Source of the DNA: Mobula hypostoma
Taxonomy: Eukaryota
DNA length: 64,000 nt
Direction: 5' to 3'
NCBI RefSeq assembly: GCF_963921235.1
Contig: NC_086108.1
Coordinates: 1,240,001-1,304,000 of the forward strand
This document shows, piece by piece, positions 36,601-51,300 of this stretch; the first letter of the stretch is position 1, and each line of letters opens with the position of its first letter. Position numbers and translations under genes: made by a program. Under the pieces are notes generated by a model, which was not told where the DNA came from, made no database searches, and was given only the letters and a program-made list of their open reading frames with translations.

Positions 36601-39399
36601 TCTCTAAGAGTGAGACACTCCCTTAGTACTGTCCATCTGACAGTGTGACATTCCCTCAGTACCGTCCCTCTGACAGTGTGACACTCCCTCAGTACCATCC
36701 CTCTGACAGTGAGACACTCCCTCAGTACCGTTCCTCTGACAGTCAGACACTCCTTCAGTACTGTCTCTAAGAGTGAGACACTTCCTCAGTACTGTTCCTC
36801 CGACAGTGTGACACTCCCTCAGTGCTGTCCCTCTGACAGTGTAAGACTCCCTCAGTACTTTCCCTCCGACAGTGAGGCACCCCTCAGTTCTGTCCCTCTG
36901 ACAGTGTGACACTCCCTCAGTACTGTCTCTCTGACAGTGTGACACTCCCTCAGTTCTGTCCATCTGACAGTGAGACACTTCCTCAGTACTGTTCCTCTGA
37001 CAGTGTGACACACCCTCAGTACTGACCGTCTGACAGTGTGACTCACCGTCAGTACTGTCACTCCCAGAGTGAGACACTCCCTTAGTACTGTCCCTCCGTC
37101 TGTGAGACACTCCCTCAGTACTGTCCCTCTGACAGTGTGACACTCCCTCAGTGCTGTCCCTCTGACAGTGAGACACTCCCTCAGCACTGTCCCTCTGACA
37201 GTTTAACACTCCCTCAGTTCTGTCTCTCTGACAGTGTGACACTCCCTCAGTACTGTCCCTCCGTCTGTGAGACACTCCCTCAGTACTGTCCCTCTGACAG
37301 TGTGACACTCCCTCAGTGCTGTTTCTCTGACAGTGTGATACTCCCTGAGTACTGTCCCTCTGACAGTGTGACACTCCCTCAGTTCTGTCTCTCTGACAAT
37401 GAGACACTCCCACAGTACTGTCCCTCTGACGGTGTGACACTCCCTCAGTACTGTCCCTCTGATGGTGTGACACTCCCTCAGTACTGTCCCTCTGACAGTG
37501 ACACACTCCCTCACTACTGTCCTTCTGGCATTGTGACACTCCCTCAGTACTGTCCCTCCGACTGTGAGACACTTCCTCAGTACTGTTCCTCGAACAGTGT
37601 GACACTCCCTCAGTGCTGTCCCTCTGACAGTGTGAGACTCCCTCAGTACTGTCCCTCCGACAGTGAGACACTCCCTCAGTACTGTCTCTCTGACAATGAG
37701 ACACTCCTCATTACTGTCACTCTGATGGTGTGACACTCCCTCAGTACTGTCCCTCTGACAGTGTGACACTCCCTCAGTTCTGTCCCTCTGACAGTGTGAC
37801 ACTCCCTCAGTACTGTACCTCTGACAGTGTGAGACTCCCTCAGTACTGTCCCTCAGAGAGTGTGACTCTCACTCAGTACTGTCCCTCTGACAGTGAGACA
37901 TCACTCAGTTCTGTCCCTCTGACAGTGTGACACTTCGTCTGTACTGTCCCTCTAACAGTGTGACACTCTCTCAGTACAGTCCCTCTGACAGTGCAACACT
38001 TCCTCAGTTCTGTCCCTCTGACAGTGACACACTCCCTCACTGCTGTCCTTCTGGCATTGTGACACTCCCTCAGTACTGTCCCTCTGAAAGTGTAACACTC
38101 CTTCAGTACGGTCTCTCTGAGAATGAGACAATCCCGCAGTACTGTACCTCTGACAGTGTGAGACATCCTCGGTAATGTCCCTCAGAGAGTGTGACTCTCG
38201 CTCAGTACTGTCCCTCTGACTGTGAGACACCCCTCAGTTCTGTCCATCTGACAGTGAGACACTTCCTCAGTGCTGTTCCTCTGACAGTGTGACACACCCT
38301 CAGTACTGACCGTCTGACAGTGTGACACACCGTCAGTACTGTCACTCCCAGAGTGAGACACTCCCTCAGTACTGTCCCTCCGTCTGTGAGACACTCCCTC
38401 AGTACATTCCCTCTGACAGTGTGACACTCCCTCAGCTCTGTCTCTCTGACAATGAGACACTCCCTCAGTACTGTCCCTCTGACGGTGTGACATTCCCTCA
38501 GTACTGTCCCTCTGACAGTGACACACTCATTCACTGCTGTCCATCTGGCATTGTGACACTCCCTCAGTACTGTCCCTCTGACAGTGTGACACTCCTTCAG
38601 TACGGTCTCTCTGAGAATGAGACAATCCCGCAGTACTGTACCTCTGACAGTGTGTGACTCCCTCAGTACTGTCCCTCACAGAGTGTGACTCTTGCTCAGT
38701 ACTGTCCCTCCGAAAGTGAGACACCACTCACTTCTGTCCCTCTGGCAGTGAGATACCCCTCAGTTCTGTCCCTCTGACAGTGTGACACTCCCTCAGTACT
38801 GTCTCTCTGACAGTGTGACACTCCCTCAGTTCTGTCCATCTGACAGTGAGACACTTCCTCAGTACTGTTCCTCTGACAGTGTGACACACCCTCAGTACTG
38901 ACCGTCTGACAGTGTGACTCACCGTCAGTACTGTCACTCCCAGAGTGAGACACTCCCTTAGTACTGTCCCTCCGTCTGTGAGACACTCCCTCAGTACTGT
39001 CCCTCTGACAGTGTGACACTCCCTCAGTGCTGTCCCTCTGACAGTGTGAGACTCCCTCAATACTGTCCCTCCGACAGTGAGACACTCCCTCAGTACTGTC
39101 TCTCTGACAATGAGACACTCCTCATTACTGTCACTCTGATGGTGTGACACTCCCTCAGTACTGTCCCTCTGACAGTGTGACACTCCCTCAGTTCTGTCCA
39201 TCTGACAGTGAGACACTTCCTCAGTACTGTTCCTCTGACAGTGTGACACACCCTCAGTACTGACCGTCTGACAGTGTGACTCACCGTCAGTACTGTCACT
39301 CCCAGAGTGAGACACTCCCTTAGTACTGTCCCTCCGTCTGAGACACTCCCTCAGTACTGTCCCTCTGACAGTGTGACACTCCCTCAGTACTGTCTCTCT

Positions 39400-42300
39400 G
39401 ACAATGAGACACTCCTCATTACTGTCACTCTGATGGTGTGACACTCCCTCAGTACTGTCCCTCTGACAGTGTGACATTCCCTCAGTTCTGTCCCTCTGAC
39501 AGTGTGACACTCCCTCAGTACTGTACCTCTGACAGTGTGAGACTCCCTCAGTACTGTCCCTCAGAGAGTGTGACTCTCACTCAGTACTGTCCCTCTGACA
39601 GTGAGACATCACTCAGTTCTGTCCCTCTGACAGTGTGACACACCGTCAGTACTGTCCCTCTGACACTGTGACACTCGGTCAGTACCATCCTTCTGACAGT
39701 GTGACACTTCGTCAGTACTGTCCCTCTGACAGTGTGACACTCCCTCAGTGCTGTCTCTCTGACAGTGTGACACTCCCTCAGTACTGTCCCTTTGACAGTG
39801 TGACACTCTCTCAGTACAGTCCCTCTGACAGTGCAACACTTCCTCAGTTCTGTCCCTCTGACAGTGACACACTCCCTCAGTACTGTCCCTCTGACAGTGT
39901 GACACTCCCTCAGTACTGTCCCTCTGACGGTGTGACACTCCCTCAGTACTGTCCCTCTGATGGTGTGACACTCCCTCAGTACTGTCCCTCTGACAGTGAC
40001 ACACTCCCTCACTACTGTCCTTCTGGCATTGTGACACTCCCTCAGTACTGTCCCTCTGACAGTGAGACACTTCTTCAGTACTGTTCCTCCGACAGTGTGA
40101 CACTCCCTCAGTGCTGTCCCTCTGACAGTGTGAGACTCCCTCAGTATTGTCCCTCCGACAGTGAGACACTCCCTCAGTACTGTCTCTCTGACAATGAGAC
40201 ACTCCTCATTACTGTCACTCTGATGGTGTGACACTCCCTCAGTTCTGTCCATCTGACAGTGTGACACTCCCTCAGTACTGTCCCTCTGAGAATGAGACAA
40301 ATCCGCAGTACTGTACCTCTGACAGTGTGAGACTCCCTCAGTACTGTCCCTCAGAGAGTGTGACTCTCACTCAGTACTGTCCCTCTGATAGGGAGACATC
40401 ACTCAGGACTGTCCCTCTGACAGTGAGACACTTCCTCAGTACTGTCCCTCACAGAGTGTGACTCTCGCTCAGTACTGTCCCTCTGAAAGTGAGACACCAC
40501 TCACTTCTGTCCCTCTGGCAGTGAGACACCCCTCAGTTCTGTCCCTCTGACAGTGAGACACTTCCTCAGTACTGTCCCTCTGGCAATGATGCACCTCTCA
40601 GTTCCGTCCCTCTGACAGTGTGACACACCGTCAGTACTGTCCCTCTGACACTGTGACACTCGGTCAGTACCATCCTTCTGACAGTGTGACACTCCCTCAG
40701 TACTGTCCATCTGACGGTGTGACACTTCCTCAGTACTGTCCATCTGACGGTGTGACACTTCCTCAGTACTGTCCCACTGACAGTGTGACACTCCCTCAGT
40801 GCTGTCCCTCTGACAGTGAGACACTCCCTCAGCACTGTCCCTCTGACAGTGTGACACTCCCTCAGTTCTGTCTCTCTGACAGTGTGACACTACCTCAGTA
40901 CTGTCCCTCCGTCTGAGAGACACTCCCTCAGTACATTCCCTCTGACAGTGTGACACTCCCTCAGCTCTGTCTCTCTGACAATGAGACACTCCCTCAGTAC
41001 TGTCCCTCTGACGGTGTGACATTCCCTCAGTACTGTCCCTCTGATGGTGTGACACTCCCTCAGTACTGGCCCTCTGGCAGTGACACACTCATTCACTACT
41101 GTCCATCTGGCATTGTGACACTCCCTCAGTACTGTCCCTCTGACAGTGTGACACTCCTTCAGTACGGTCTCTCTGAGAATGAGACAATCCCGCAGTACTG
41201 TACCTCTGACAGTGCGTGACTCCCTCAGTACTGTCCCTCACAGAGTGTGACTCTTGCTCAGTACTGTCCCTCCGAAAGTGAGACACCACTCACTTCTGTC
41301 CCTCTGGCAGTGAGATACCCCTCAGTTCTGTCCCTCTGACAGTGTGACACTCCCTCAGTACTGTCTCTCTGACAGTGTGACACTCCCTCAGTTCTGTCCA
41401 TCTGACAGTGAGACACTTCCTCAGTACTGTTCCTCTGACAGTGTGACACACCCTCAGTACTGACCGTCTGACAGTGTGACTCACCGTCAGTACTGTCACT
41501 CCCAGAGTGAGACACTTCCTTAGTACTGTCCCTCCGTCTGTGAGACACTCCCTCAGTACTGTCCCTCTGACAGTGTGACACTCCCTCAGTGCTGTCCCTC
41601 TGACAGTGAGACACTCCCTCAGCACTGTCCCTCTGACAGTTTAACACTCCCTCAGTTCTGTCTCTCTGACAATGTGACACTCCCTCAGTACTGTCCCTCC
41701 GTCTGTGAGACACTCCCTCAGTACTGTCCCTCTGACAGTGTGACACTCCCTCAGTGCTGTTTCTCTGACAGTGTGATACTCCCTGAGTACTGTCCCTCTG
41801 ACAGTGTGACACTCCCTCAGTTCTGTCTCTCTGACAATGAGACACTCCCACAGTACTGTCCCTCTGACGGTGTGACACTCCCTCAGTACTGTCCCTCTGA
41901 TGGTGTGACACTCCCTCAGTACTGTCCCTCTGACAGTGACACACTCCCTCACTACTGTCCTTCTGGCATTGTGACACTCCCTCAGTACTGTACCTCCGAC
42001 TGTGAGACACTTCCTCAGTACTGTTCCTCGAACAGTGTGACACTCCCTCAGTGCTGTCCCTCTGACAGTGTGAGACTCCCTCAGTACTGTCCCTCCGACA
42101 GTGAGACACTCCCTCAGTACTGTCTCTCTGACAATGAGACACTCCTCATTACTGTCACTCTGATGGTGTGACACTCCCTCAGTACTGTCCCTCTGACAGT
42201 GTGACACTCCCTCAGTTCTGTCCCTCTGACAGTGTGACACTCCCTCAGTACTGTACCTCTGACAGTCTGAGACTCCCTCAGTACTGTCCCTCAGAGAGTG

Positions 42301-45300
42301 TGACTCTCACTCAGTACTGTCCCTCTGACAGTGAGACATCACTCAGTTCTGTCCCTCTGACAGTGTGACACACCGTCAGTACTGTCCCTCTGACACTGTG
42401 ACACTCGGTCAGTACCATCCTTCTGACAGTGTGACACTTCGTCTGTACTGTCCCTCTGACAGTGTGACACTCCCTCAGTGCTGTCTCTCTGACAGTGTGA
42501 CACTCCCTCAGTACTGTCCCTTTGACAGTGTGACACTCTCTCAGTACAGTCCCTCTGACAGTGCAACACTTCCTCAGTTCTGTCCCTCTGACAGTGATAC
42601 ACTCCCTCACTGCTGTCCTTCTGGCATTGTGACACTCCCTCAGTACTGTCCCTCTGAAAGTGTGACACTCCCTCAGTACTGTACCTCTGACAGTGTGAGA
42701 CTCCCTCAGTACTGTCCCTCAGAGAGTGTGACTCTCACTCAGTACTGTCCCTCTGACAGTGAGACATCACTCAGTTCTGTCCCTCTGACAGTGTGACACT
42801 TCGTCTGTACTGTCCCTCTGACAGTGTGACACTCCCTCAGTGCTGTCTCTCTGACAGTGTGACACTCCCTCAGTACTGTCCCTTTGACAGTGTGACACTC
42901 TCTCAGTACAGTCCCTCTGACAGTGCAACACTTCCTCAGTTCTGTCCCTCTGACAGTGACACACTCCCTCACTGCTGTCCTTCTGGCATTGTGACACTCC
43001 CTCAGTACTGTCCCTCTGAAAGTGTAACACTCCTTCAGTACGGTCTCTCTGAGAATGAGACAATCCCGCAGTACTGTACCTCTGACAGTGTGAGACATCC
43101 TCGGTAATGTCCCTCAGAGAGTGTGACTCTCGCTCAGTACTGTCCCTCTGACTGTGAGACACCCCTCAGTTCTGTCCATCTGACAGTGAGACACTTCCTC
43201 AGTGCTGTTCCTCTGACAGTGTGACACACCCTCAGTACTGACCGTCTGACAGTGTGACACACCGTCAGTACTGTCACTCCCAGAGTGAGACACTCCCTCA
43301 GTACTGTCCCTCCGTCTGTGAGACACTCCCTCAGTACATTCCCTCTGACAGTGTGACACTCCCTCAGCTCTGTCTCTCTGACAATGAGACACTCCCTCAG
43401 TACTGTCCCTCTGACGGTGTGACATTCCCTCAGTACTGTCCCTCTGATGGTGTGACACTCCCTCAGTACTGTCCCTCTGACAGTGACACACTCATTCACT
43501 ACTGTCCATCTGGCATTGTGACACTCCCTCAGTACTGTCCCTCTGACAGTGTGACACTCCTTCAGTACGGTCTCTCTGAGAATGAGACAATCCCGCAGTA
43601 CTGTACCTCTGACAGTGTGTGACTCCCTCAGTACTGTCCCTCACAGAGTGTGACTCTTGCTCAGTACTGTCCCTCCGAAAGTGAGACACCACTCACTTCT
43701 GTCCCTCTGGCAGTGAGATACCCCTCAGTTCTGTCCCTCTGACAGTGTGACACTCCCTCAGTACTGTCTCTCTGACAGTGTGACACTCCCTCAGTTCTGT
43801 CCATCTGACAGTGAGACACTTCCTCAGTACTGTTCCTCTGACAGTGTGACACACCCTCAGTACTGACCGTCTGACAGTGTGACTCACCGTCAGTACTGTC
43901 ACTCCCAGAGTGAGACACTCCCTTAGTACTGTCCCTCCGTCTGTGAGACACTCCCTCAGTACTGTCCCTCTGACAGTGTGACACTCCCTCAGTGCTGTCC
44001 CTCTGACAGTGTGAGACTCCCTCAATACTGTCCCTCCGACAGTGAGACACTCCCTCAGTACTGTCTCTCTGACAATGAGACACTCCTCATTACTGTCACT
44101 CTGATGGTGTGACACTCCCTCAGTACTGTCCCTCTGACAGTGTGACACTCCCTCAGTTCTGTCCCTCTGACAGTGTGACACTCCCTCAGTACTGTACCTC
44201 TGACAGTGTGAGACTCCCTCAGTACTGTCCCTCAGAGAGTGTGACTCTCACTCAGTACTGTCCCTCTGACAGTGAGACATCACTCAGTTCTGTCCCTCTG
44301 ACAGTGTGACACACCGTCAGTACTGTCCCTCTGACACTGTGACAGTCGGTCAGTACCATCCTTCTGACAGTGTGACACTTCGTCAGTACTGTCCCTCTGA
44401 CAGTGTGACACTCCCTCAGTGCTGTCTCTCTGACAGTGTGACACTCCCTCAGTACTGTCCCTTTGACAGTGTGACACTCTCTCAGTACAGTCCCTCTGAC
44501 AGTGCAACACTTCCTCAGTTCTGTCCCTCTGACAGTGACACACTCCCTCAGTACTGTCCCTCTGACAGTGTGACACTCCCTCAGTACTGTCCCTCTGACG
44601 GTGTGACACTCCCTCAGTACTGTCCCTCTGATGGTGTGACACTCCCTCAGTACTGTAGCTCTGACAGTGACACACTCCCTCACTACTGTCCTTCTGGCAT
44701 TGTGACACTCCCTCAGTACTGTCCCTCTGACAGTGAGACACTTCTTCAGTACTGTTCCTCCGACAGTGTGACACTCCCTCAGTGCTGTCCCTCTGACAGT
44801 GTGAGACTCCCTCAGTATTGTCCCTCCAACAGTGAGACACTCCCTCAGTACTGTCTCTCTGACAATGAGACACTCCTCATTACTGTCACTCTGATGGTGT
44901 GACACTCCCTCAGTACTGTCCCTCTGACAGTGTGACACTCCCTCAGTTCTGTCCCTCTGACAGTGTGACACTCCCTCAGTACTGTCCCTCTGAGAATGAG
45001 ACAAATCCACAGTACTGTACCTCTGACAGTGTGAGACTCCCTCAGTACTGTCCCTCAGAGAGTGTCACTCTCACTCAGTACTGTCCCTCTGATAGTGAGA
45101 CATCACTGAGGACTGTCCCTCTGACAGTGAGACACTTCCTCAGTACTGTCCCTCACAGAGTGTGACTCTCGCTCAGTACTGTCCCTCTGAAAGTGAGACA
45201 CCACTCACTTCTGTCCCTCTGGCAGTGAGACACCACTCAGTTCTGTCCCTCTGACAGTGAGACACTTCCTCAGTACTGTCCCTCTGGCAATGATGCACCT

Positions 45301-48300
45301 CTCAGTTCCGTCCCTCTGACAGTGTGACACACCGTCAGTACTGTCCCTCTGACACTGTGACACTCGGTCAGTACCATCCTTCTGACAGTGTGACACTCCC
45401 TCAGTACTGTCCATCTGACGGTGTGACACTTCCTCATTACTGTCCCTCTGACAGTGTGACACTCCCTCAGTGCTGTCCCTCTGACAGTGAGACACTCCCT
45501 CAGCACTGTCCCTCTGACAGTGTGACACTCCCTCAGTTCTGTCTCTCTGACAGTGTGACACTCCCTCAGTACTGTCCCTCCGTCTGTGAGACACTCCCTC
45601 AGTACTGTCCCTCTGACAGTGTGACACTCCCTCAGTGCTGTTTCTCTGACAGTGTGATACTCCCTGAGTACTGTCCCTCTGACAGTGAGACACTCCCTCA
45701 GTACTGTCCCTCTGACAGTGTGACACTCCCTCAGTTCTGTCTCTCTGACAATGAGACACTCCCACAGTACTGTCCCTCTGACGGTGTGACACTCCCTCAG
45801 TACTGTCCCTCTGATGGTGTGACACTCCCTCAGTACTGTCCCTCTGACAGTGACACACTCCCTCACTACTGTCCTTCTGGCATTGTGACACTTCTTCAGT
45901 ACTGTTCCTCTGACCGTGTGACACACCCTCAGTACTGAACGTCTGACAGTGTGACACACCGTCAGTACTGTCACTCCCAGAGTGAGACACTCCCTGAGTA
46001 CTGTCCCTCTGACAGTGTGACACTCCGTCAGTTCTGTCTCTCTGAGAATGAGACACTCCCTCAGTACTGTCCCTCTGACGGTGTGACACTCACTCAGTAC
46101 TGTCCTTCTGACGGTGTGACACTCCCTCAGTACTGCCCCTCTGATGGTGTGACACTCCCTCAGTACTGTCCCTCTGACAGTGACACACTCATTCACTACT
46201 GTCCTTCTGGCATTGTGACACTCCCTCAGTACTCTCCCTCTGACAGTGTGACACTCCTTCAGTATGGTCTCACTGAGAATGAGACAATCCCGCAGTACTG
46301 TACCTCTGACAGTGTGTGACTCCCTCAGTACTGTCCCTCACAGAGTGTGACTCTTGCTCAGTACTGTCCCTCCGAAAGTGAGACACCACTCACTTCTGTC
46401 CTTCTGGCAGTGAGACACCCCTCAGTTCTGTCCCTCTGACAGTGAGACACTTCCTCAGTACTGTCTCTCTGACAGTGTGACACTCCCTCAGTACTGTCCC
46501 TCTGACAGTGTGACACTCCCTCAGTGCTGTCCCTCTGACAGTGAGACACTCCCTCAGCACTGTCCCTCTGACAGTGTAACACTCCCTCAGTTCAGTCTCT
46601 CTGACAGTGTGACACTCCCTCAGTACTGTCCCTCCGTCTGTGAGACACTCCCTCAGTACTGTCCCTCTGACAGTGTGACACTCCCTCAGTGCTGTTTCTC
46701 TGACAGTGTGATACTCCCTGAGTACTGTCCCTCTGACAGTGTGACACTCCCTCAGTGCTGTTTCTCTGACAGTGTGATACTCCCTGAGTACTGTCCCTCT
46801 GACAGTGTGACACTCCCTCAGTTCTGTCTCTCTGACAATGAGACACTCCCACAGTACTGTCCCTCTGACGGTGTGACACTTCCTCAGTACTGTCCCTCTG
46901 ATGGTGTGACACTCCCTCAGTACTGTCCCTCTGACAGTGACACACTCCCTCACTACTGTCCTTCTGGCATTGTGACACTCCCTCAGTACTGTCCCTCCGA
47001 CTGTGAGACACTTCCTCAGTACTGTTCCTCCGACAGTGTGAGACTCCCTCAGTACTGTCCCTCCGACAGTGAGACAGTCCCTCAGTACTGTCTCTCTGAC
47101 AATGAGACACTCCTCATTACTGTCACTCTGATGGTGTGACACTCCCTCAGTACTGTCCCTCTGACAGTGTGACACTCCCTCAGTACTGTCCCTCTGACGG
47201 TGTGACACTCACTCAGTACTGTCCTTCTGACGGTGTGACACTCCCTCAGTACTGCCCCTCTGATGGTGTGACACTCCCTCAGTACTGTCCCTCTGACAGT
47301 GACACACTCATTCACTACTGTCCTTCTGGCATTGTGACACTCCCTCAGTACTCTCCCTCTGACAGTGTGACACTCCTTCAGTATGGTCTCACTGAGAATG
47401 AGACAATCCCGCAGTACTGTACCTCTGACAGTGTGTGACTCCCTCAGTACTGTCCCTCACAGAGTGTGACTCTTGCTCAGTACTGTCCCTCCGAAAGTGA
47501 GACACCACTCACTTCTGTCCTTCTGGCAGTGAGACACCCCTCAGTTCTGTCCCTCTGACAGTGAGACACTTCCTCAGTACTGTCTCTCTGACAGTGTGAC
47601 ACTCCCTCAGTACTGTCCCTCTGACAGTGTGACACTCCCTCAGTGCTGTCCCTCTGACAGTGAGACACTCCCTCAGGACTGTCCCTCTGACAGTGTAACA
47701 CTCCCTCAGTTCAGTCTCTCTGACAGTGTGACACTCCCTCAGTACTGTCCCTCCGTCTGTGAGACACTCCCTCAGTACTGTCCCTCTGACAGTGTGACAC
47801 TCCCTCAGTGCTGTTTCTCTGACAGTGTGATACTCCCTGAGTACTGTCCCTCTGACAGTGTGACACTCCCTCAGTGCTGTTTCTCTGACAGTGTGATACT
47901 CCCTGAGTACTGTCCCTCTGACAGTGTGACACTCCCTCAGTTCTGTCTCTCTGACAATGAGACACTCCCACAGTACTGTCCCTCTGACGGTGTGACACTT
48001 CCTCAGTACTGTCCCTCTGATGGTGTGACACTCCCTCAGTACTGTCCCTCTGACAGTGACACACTCCCTCACTACTGTCCTTCTGGCATTGTGACACTCC
48101 CTCAGTACTGTCCCTCCGACTGTGAGACACTTCCTCAGTACTGTTCCTCCGACAGTGTGAGACTCCCTCAGTACTGTCCCTCCGACAGTGAGACAGTCCC
48201 TCAGTACTGTCTCTCTGACAATGAGACACTCCTCATTACTGTCACTCTGATGGTGTGACACTCCCTCAGTACTGTCCCTCTGACAGTGTGACACTCCCTC

Positions 48301-51300
48301 AGTTCTGTCCCTCTGACAGTGTGACACTCCCTCAGTACTGTACCTCTGACAGTGTGAGACTCCCTCAGTACTGTCCCTCAGAGAGTGTGACTCTCACTCA
48401 GTACTGTCCCTTTGACAGTGAGACATCACTCAGTTCTGTCCCTCTGACAGTGTGACACACCGTCAGTACTGTCCCTCTGACACTGTGACACTCGGTCAGT
48501 ACCATCCTTCTGACAGTGTGACACTTCGTCAGTACTGTCCCTCTGACAGTGTGACACTCCCTCAGTGCTGTCTCTCTGACAGTGTGACACCCCCTCAGTA
48601 CTGTCCCTTTGACAGTGTGACACTCTCTCAGTACAGTCCCTCTGACAGTGCAACACTTCCTCAGTTCTGTCCCTCTGACAGTGACACACTCCCTCACTGC
48701 TGTCCTTCTGGCATTGTGACACTCCCTCAGTACTGTCCCTCTGAATGTGTAACACTCCTTCAGTACCGTCTCTCTGAGAATGAGACAATCCCGTAGTACT
48801 GTACCTCTGACAGTGTGAGACATCCTCGGTAATGTCCCTCAGAGAGTGTGACTCTCGCTCAGTACTGTCCCTCTGACTGTGAGACACCACTCAGTTCTGT
48901 CCATCTGACAGTGAGACACTTCCTCAGTGCTGTTCCTGTGACCGTGTGACACACTCTCAGTACTGACCGTCTGACAGTGTGACACACCGTCAGTACTGTC
49001 ACTCCCAGAGTGAGACACGCCCTTAGTACAGTCCCTCCGTCAGTGAGACACTCCCTCAGTACATTCCCTCTGACAGTGTGACACTCCCTCAGTTCTGTCT
49101 CTCTGACAATGAGACACTCCCTCAGTACTGTCCCTCTGACGGTGTGACATTCCCTCAGTACTGTCCCTCTGATGGTGTGACACTCCCTCAGTACTGTCCC
49201 TCTGACAGTGACACACTCATTCACTACTGTCCATCTGGCATTGTGACACTCCCTCAGTACTGTCCCTCTGACAGTGTGACACTCCTTCAGTACGGTCTCT
49301 CTGAGAATGAGACAATCCCGCAGTACTGTACCTCTAACAGTGTGAGACTCCCTCAGTACTGTCCCTCACAGAGTGTGACTCTTGCTCAGTACTGTCCCTC
49401 CGAAAGTGAGACACCACTCACTTCTGTCCCTCTGGCAGTGAGATACCCCTCAGTTCTGTCCCTCTGACAGTGTGACACTCCCTCAGTACTGTCTCTCTGA
49501 CAGTGTGACACTCCCTCAGTTCTGTCCATCTGACAGTGAGACACTTCCTCAGTACTGTTCCTCTGACAGTGTGACACACCCTCAGTACTGACCGTCTGAC
49601 AGTGTGACACACCGTCAGTACTGTCACTCCCAGAGTGAGACACTCCCTTAGTACTGTCCCTCTGTCTGTGAGACACTCCCTCAGTACTGTCCCTCTGACA
49701 GTGTGACACTCCCTCAGTGCTGTTTCTCTGACAGTGTGATACTCCCTGAGTACTGTCCCTCTGACGGTGAGACACTCCCTCAGTACTGTCCCTCTGACAG
49801 TGTGACAGTCCCTCAGTTCTGTCCCTCTGACAATGAGACACTCCATCAGTACTGTCCCTCTGACAGTGTGACACACCGTCAGTACTGTCACTCCCAGAGT
49901 GAGACACTCCCTTAGTACTGTCCCTCTGTCTGTGAGACACTCCCTCAGTACTGTCCCTCTGACAGTGTGACACTCCCTCAGTGCTGTTTCTCTGACAGTG
50001 TGATACTCCCTGAGTACTGTCCCTCTGACGGTGAGACACTCCCTCAGTACTGTCCCTCTGACAGTGTGACAGTCCCTCAGTTCTGTCCCTCTGACAATGA
50101 GACACTCCATCAGTACTGTCCCTCTGACGGTGTGACACTCCCTCAGTACTGTCCCTCTGATGGTGTGACACTCCCTCAGTACTGTCCCTCTGACAGTGAC
50201 ACACTCCCTCACTACTGTCCTTCTGGCATTGTGACACTCCCTCAGTACTGTCTCTCTGACAGTGTGAGACTCCCTGAGTACTGTAACTCTGACAGTGAGA
50301 CACTCCCTCAGTACTGTCCCTCTGACAGTGAGACACTCCCTCAGTACTGTCCCTCTGACAGTGTGACACTCCCTTAGTGCTGTCCGTCTGACAGTGTGAG
50401 ACTCCCTCAGTATTGTCCCTCCGACAGTGAGACACTCCCTCAGTACTGTCTCTCTGACAATGAGACACTCCTCATTACTGTCACTCTGATGGTGTGACAC
50501 TCCCTCAGTACTGTCCCTCTGACAGTGTGACACTCCCTCAGTTCTGTCCCTCTGACAGTGTGACACTCCCTCAGTACTGTCCCTCACAGAGTGTGACTCT
50601 CGCTCAGTGCTGTCCCTCTGAAAGTGAGACACCACTCACTTCTTTCCCTCTGGCAGTGAGACACACCTCAGTTCTGTCCCGCTGACAGTGAGACACTTCC
50701 TCAGTACTGTCCCTCTGGCAGTGAGGCACCTCTCAGTTCCGTCCCTCTGACAGTGTGACACACCGTCAGTACTGTCCCTCTGACACTGTGACACTCGGTC
50801 AGTACCATCCTTCTGACAGTGTGACACTTCCTCAGTACTGTCCCTCTGATAGTGTGACACTCCCTCAGTGCTGTCCCTCTGACAGTGAGACACTCCCTCA
50901 GTACTGTCCCTCCGTCTGTGAGACACTCCCTCAGTACTGTCCCTCTGACAGTGTGACACTCCCTCAGTGCTGTTTCTCTGACAGTGTGATACTCCCTGAG
51001 TACTGTCCCTCTGGCAGTGAGACACTCCCTCAGTACTGTCCCTCTGACAGTGTGACACTCCCTCAGTTCTGTCTCTCTGACAATGAGACACTCCCACAGT
51101 ACTGTCCCTCTGACGGTGTGACACTCCCTCAGTACTGTCCCTCTGATGGTGTGACACTCCCTCAGTACTGTCCCTCTGACAGTGACACACTCCCTCACTA
51201 CTGTCCTTCTGGCATTGTGACACTTCCTCAGTACTGTTCCTCTGACCGTGTGACACACCCTCAGTACTGTCCCTCTGACGGTGTGACACTCCCTCAGTAC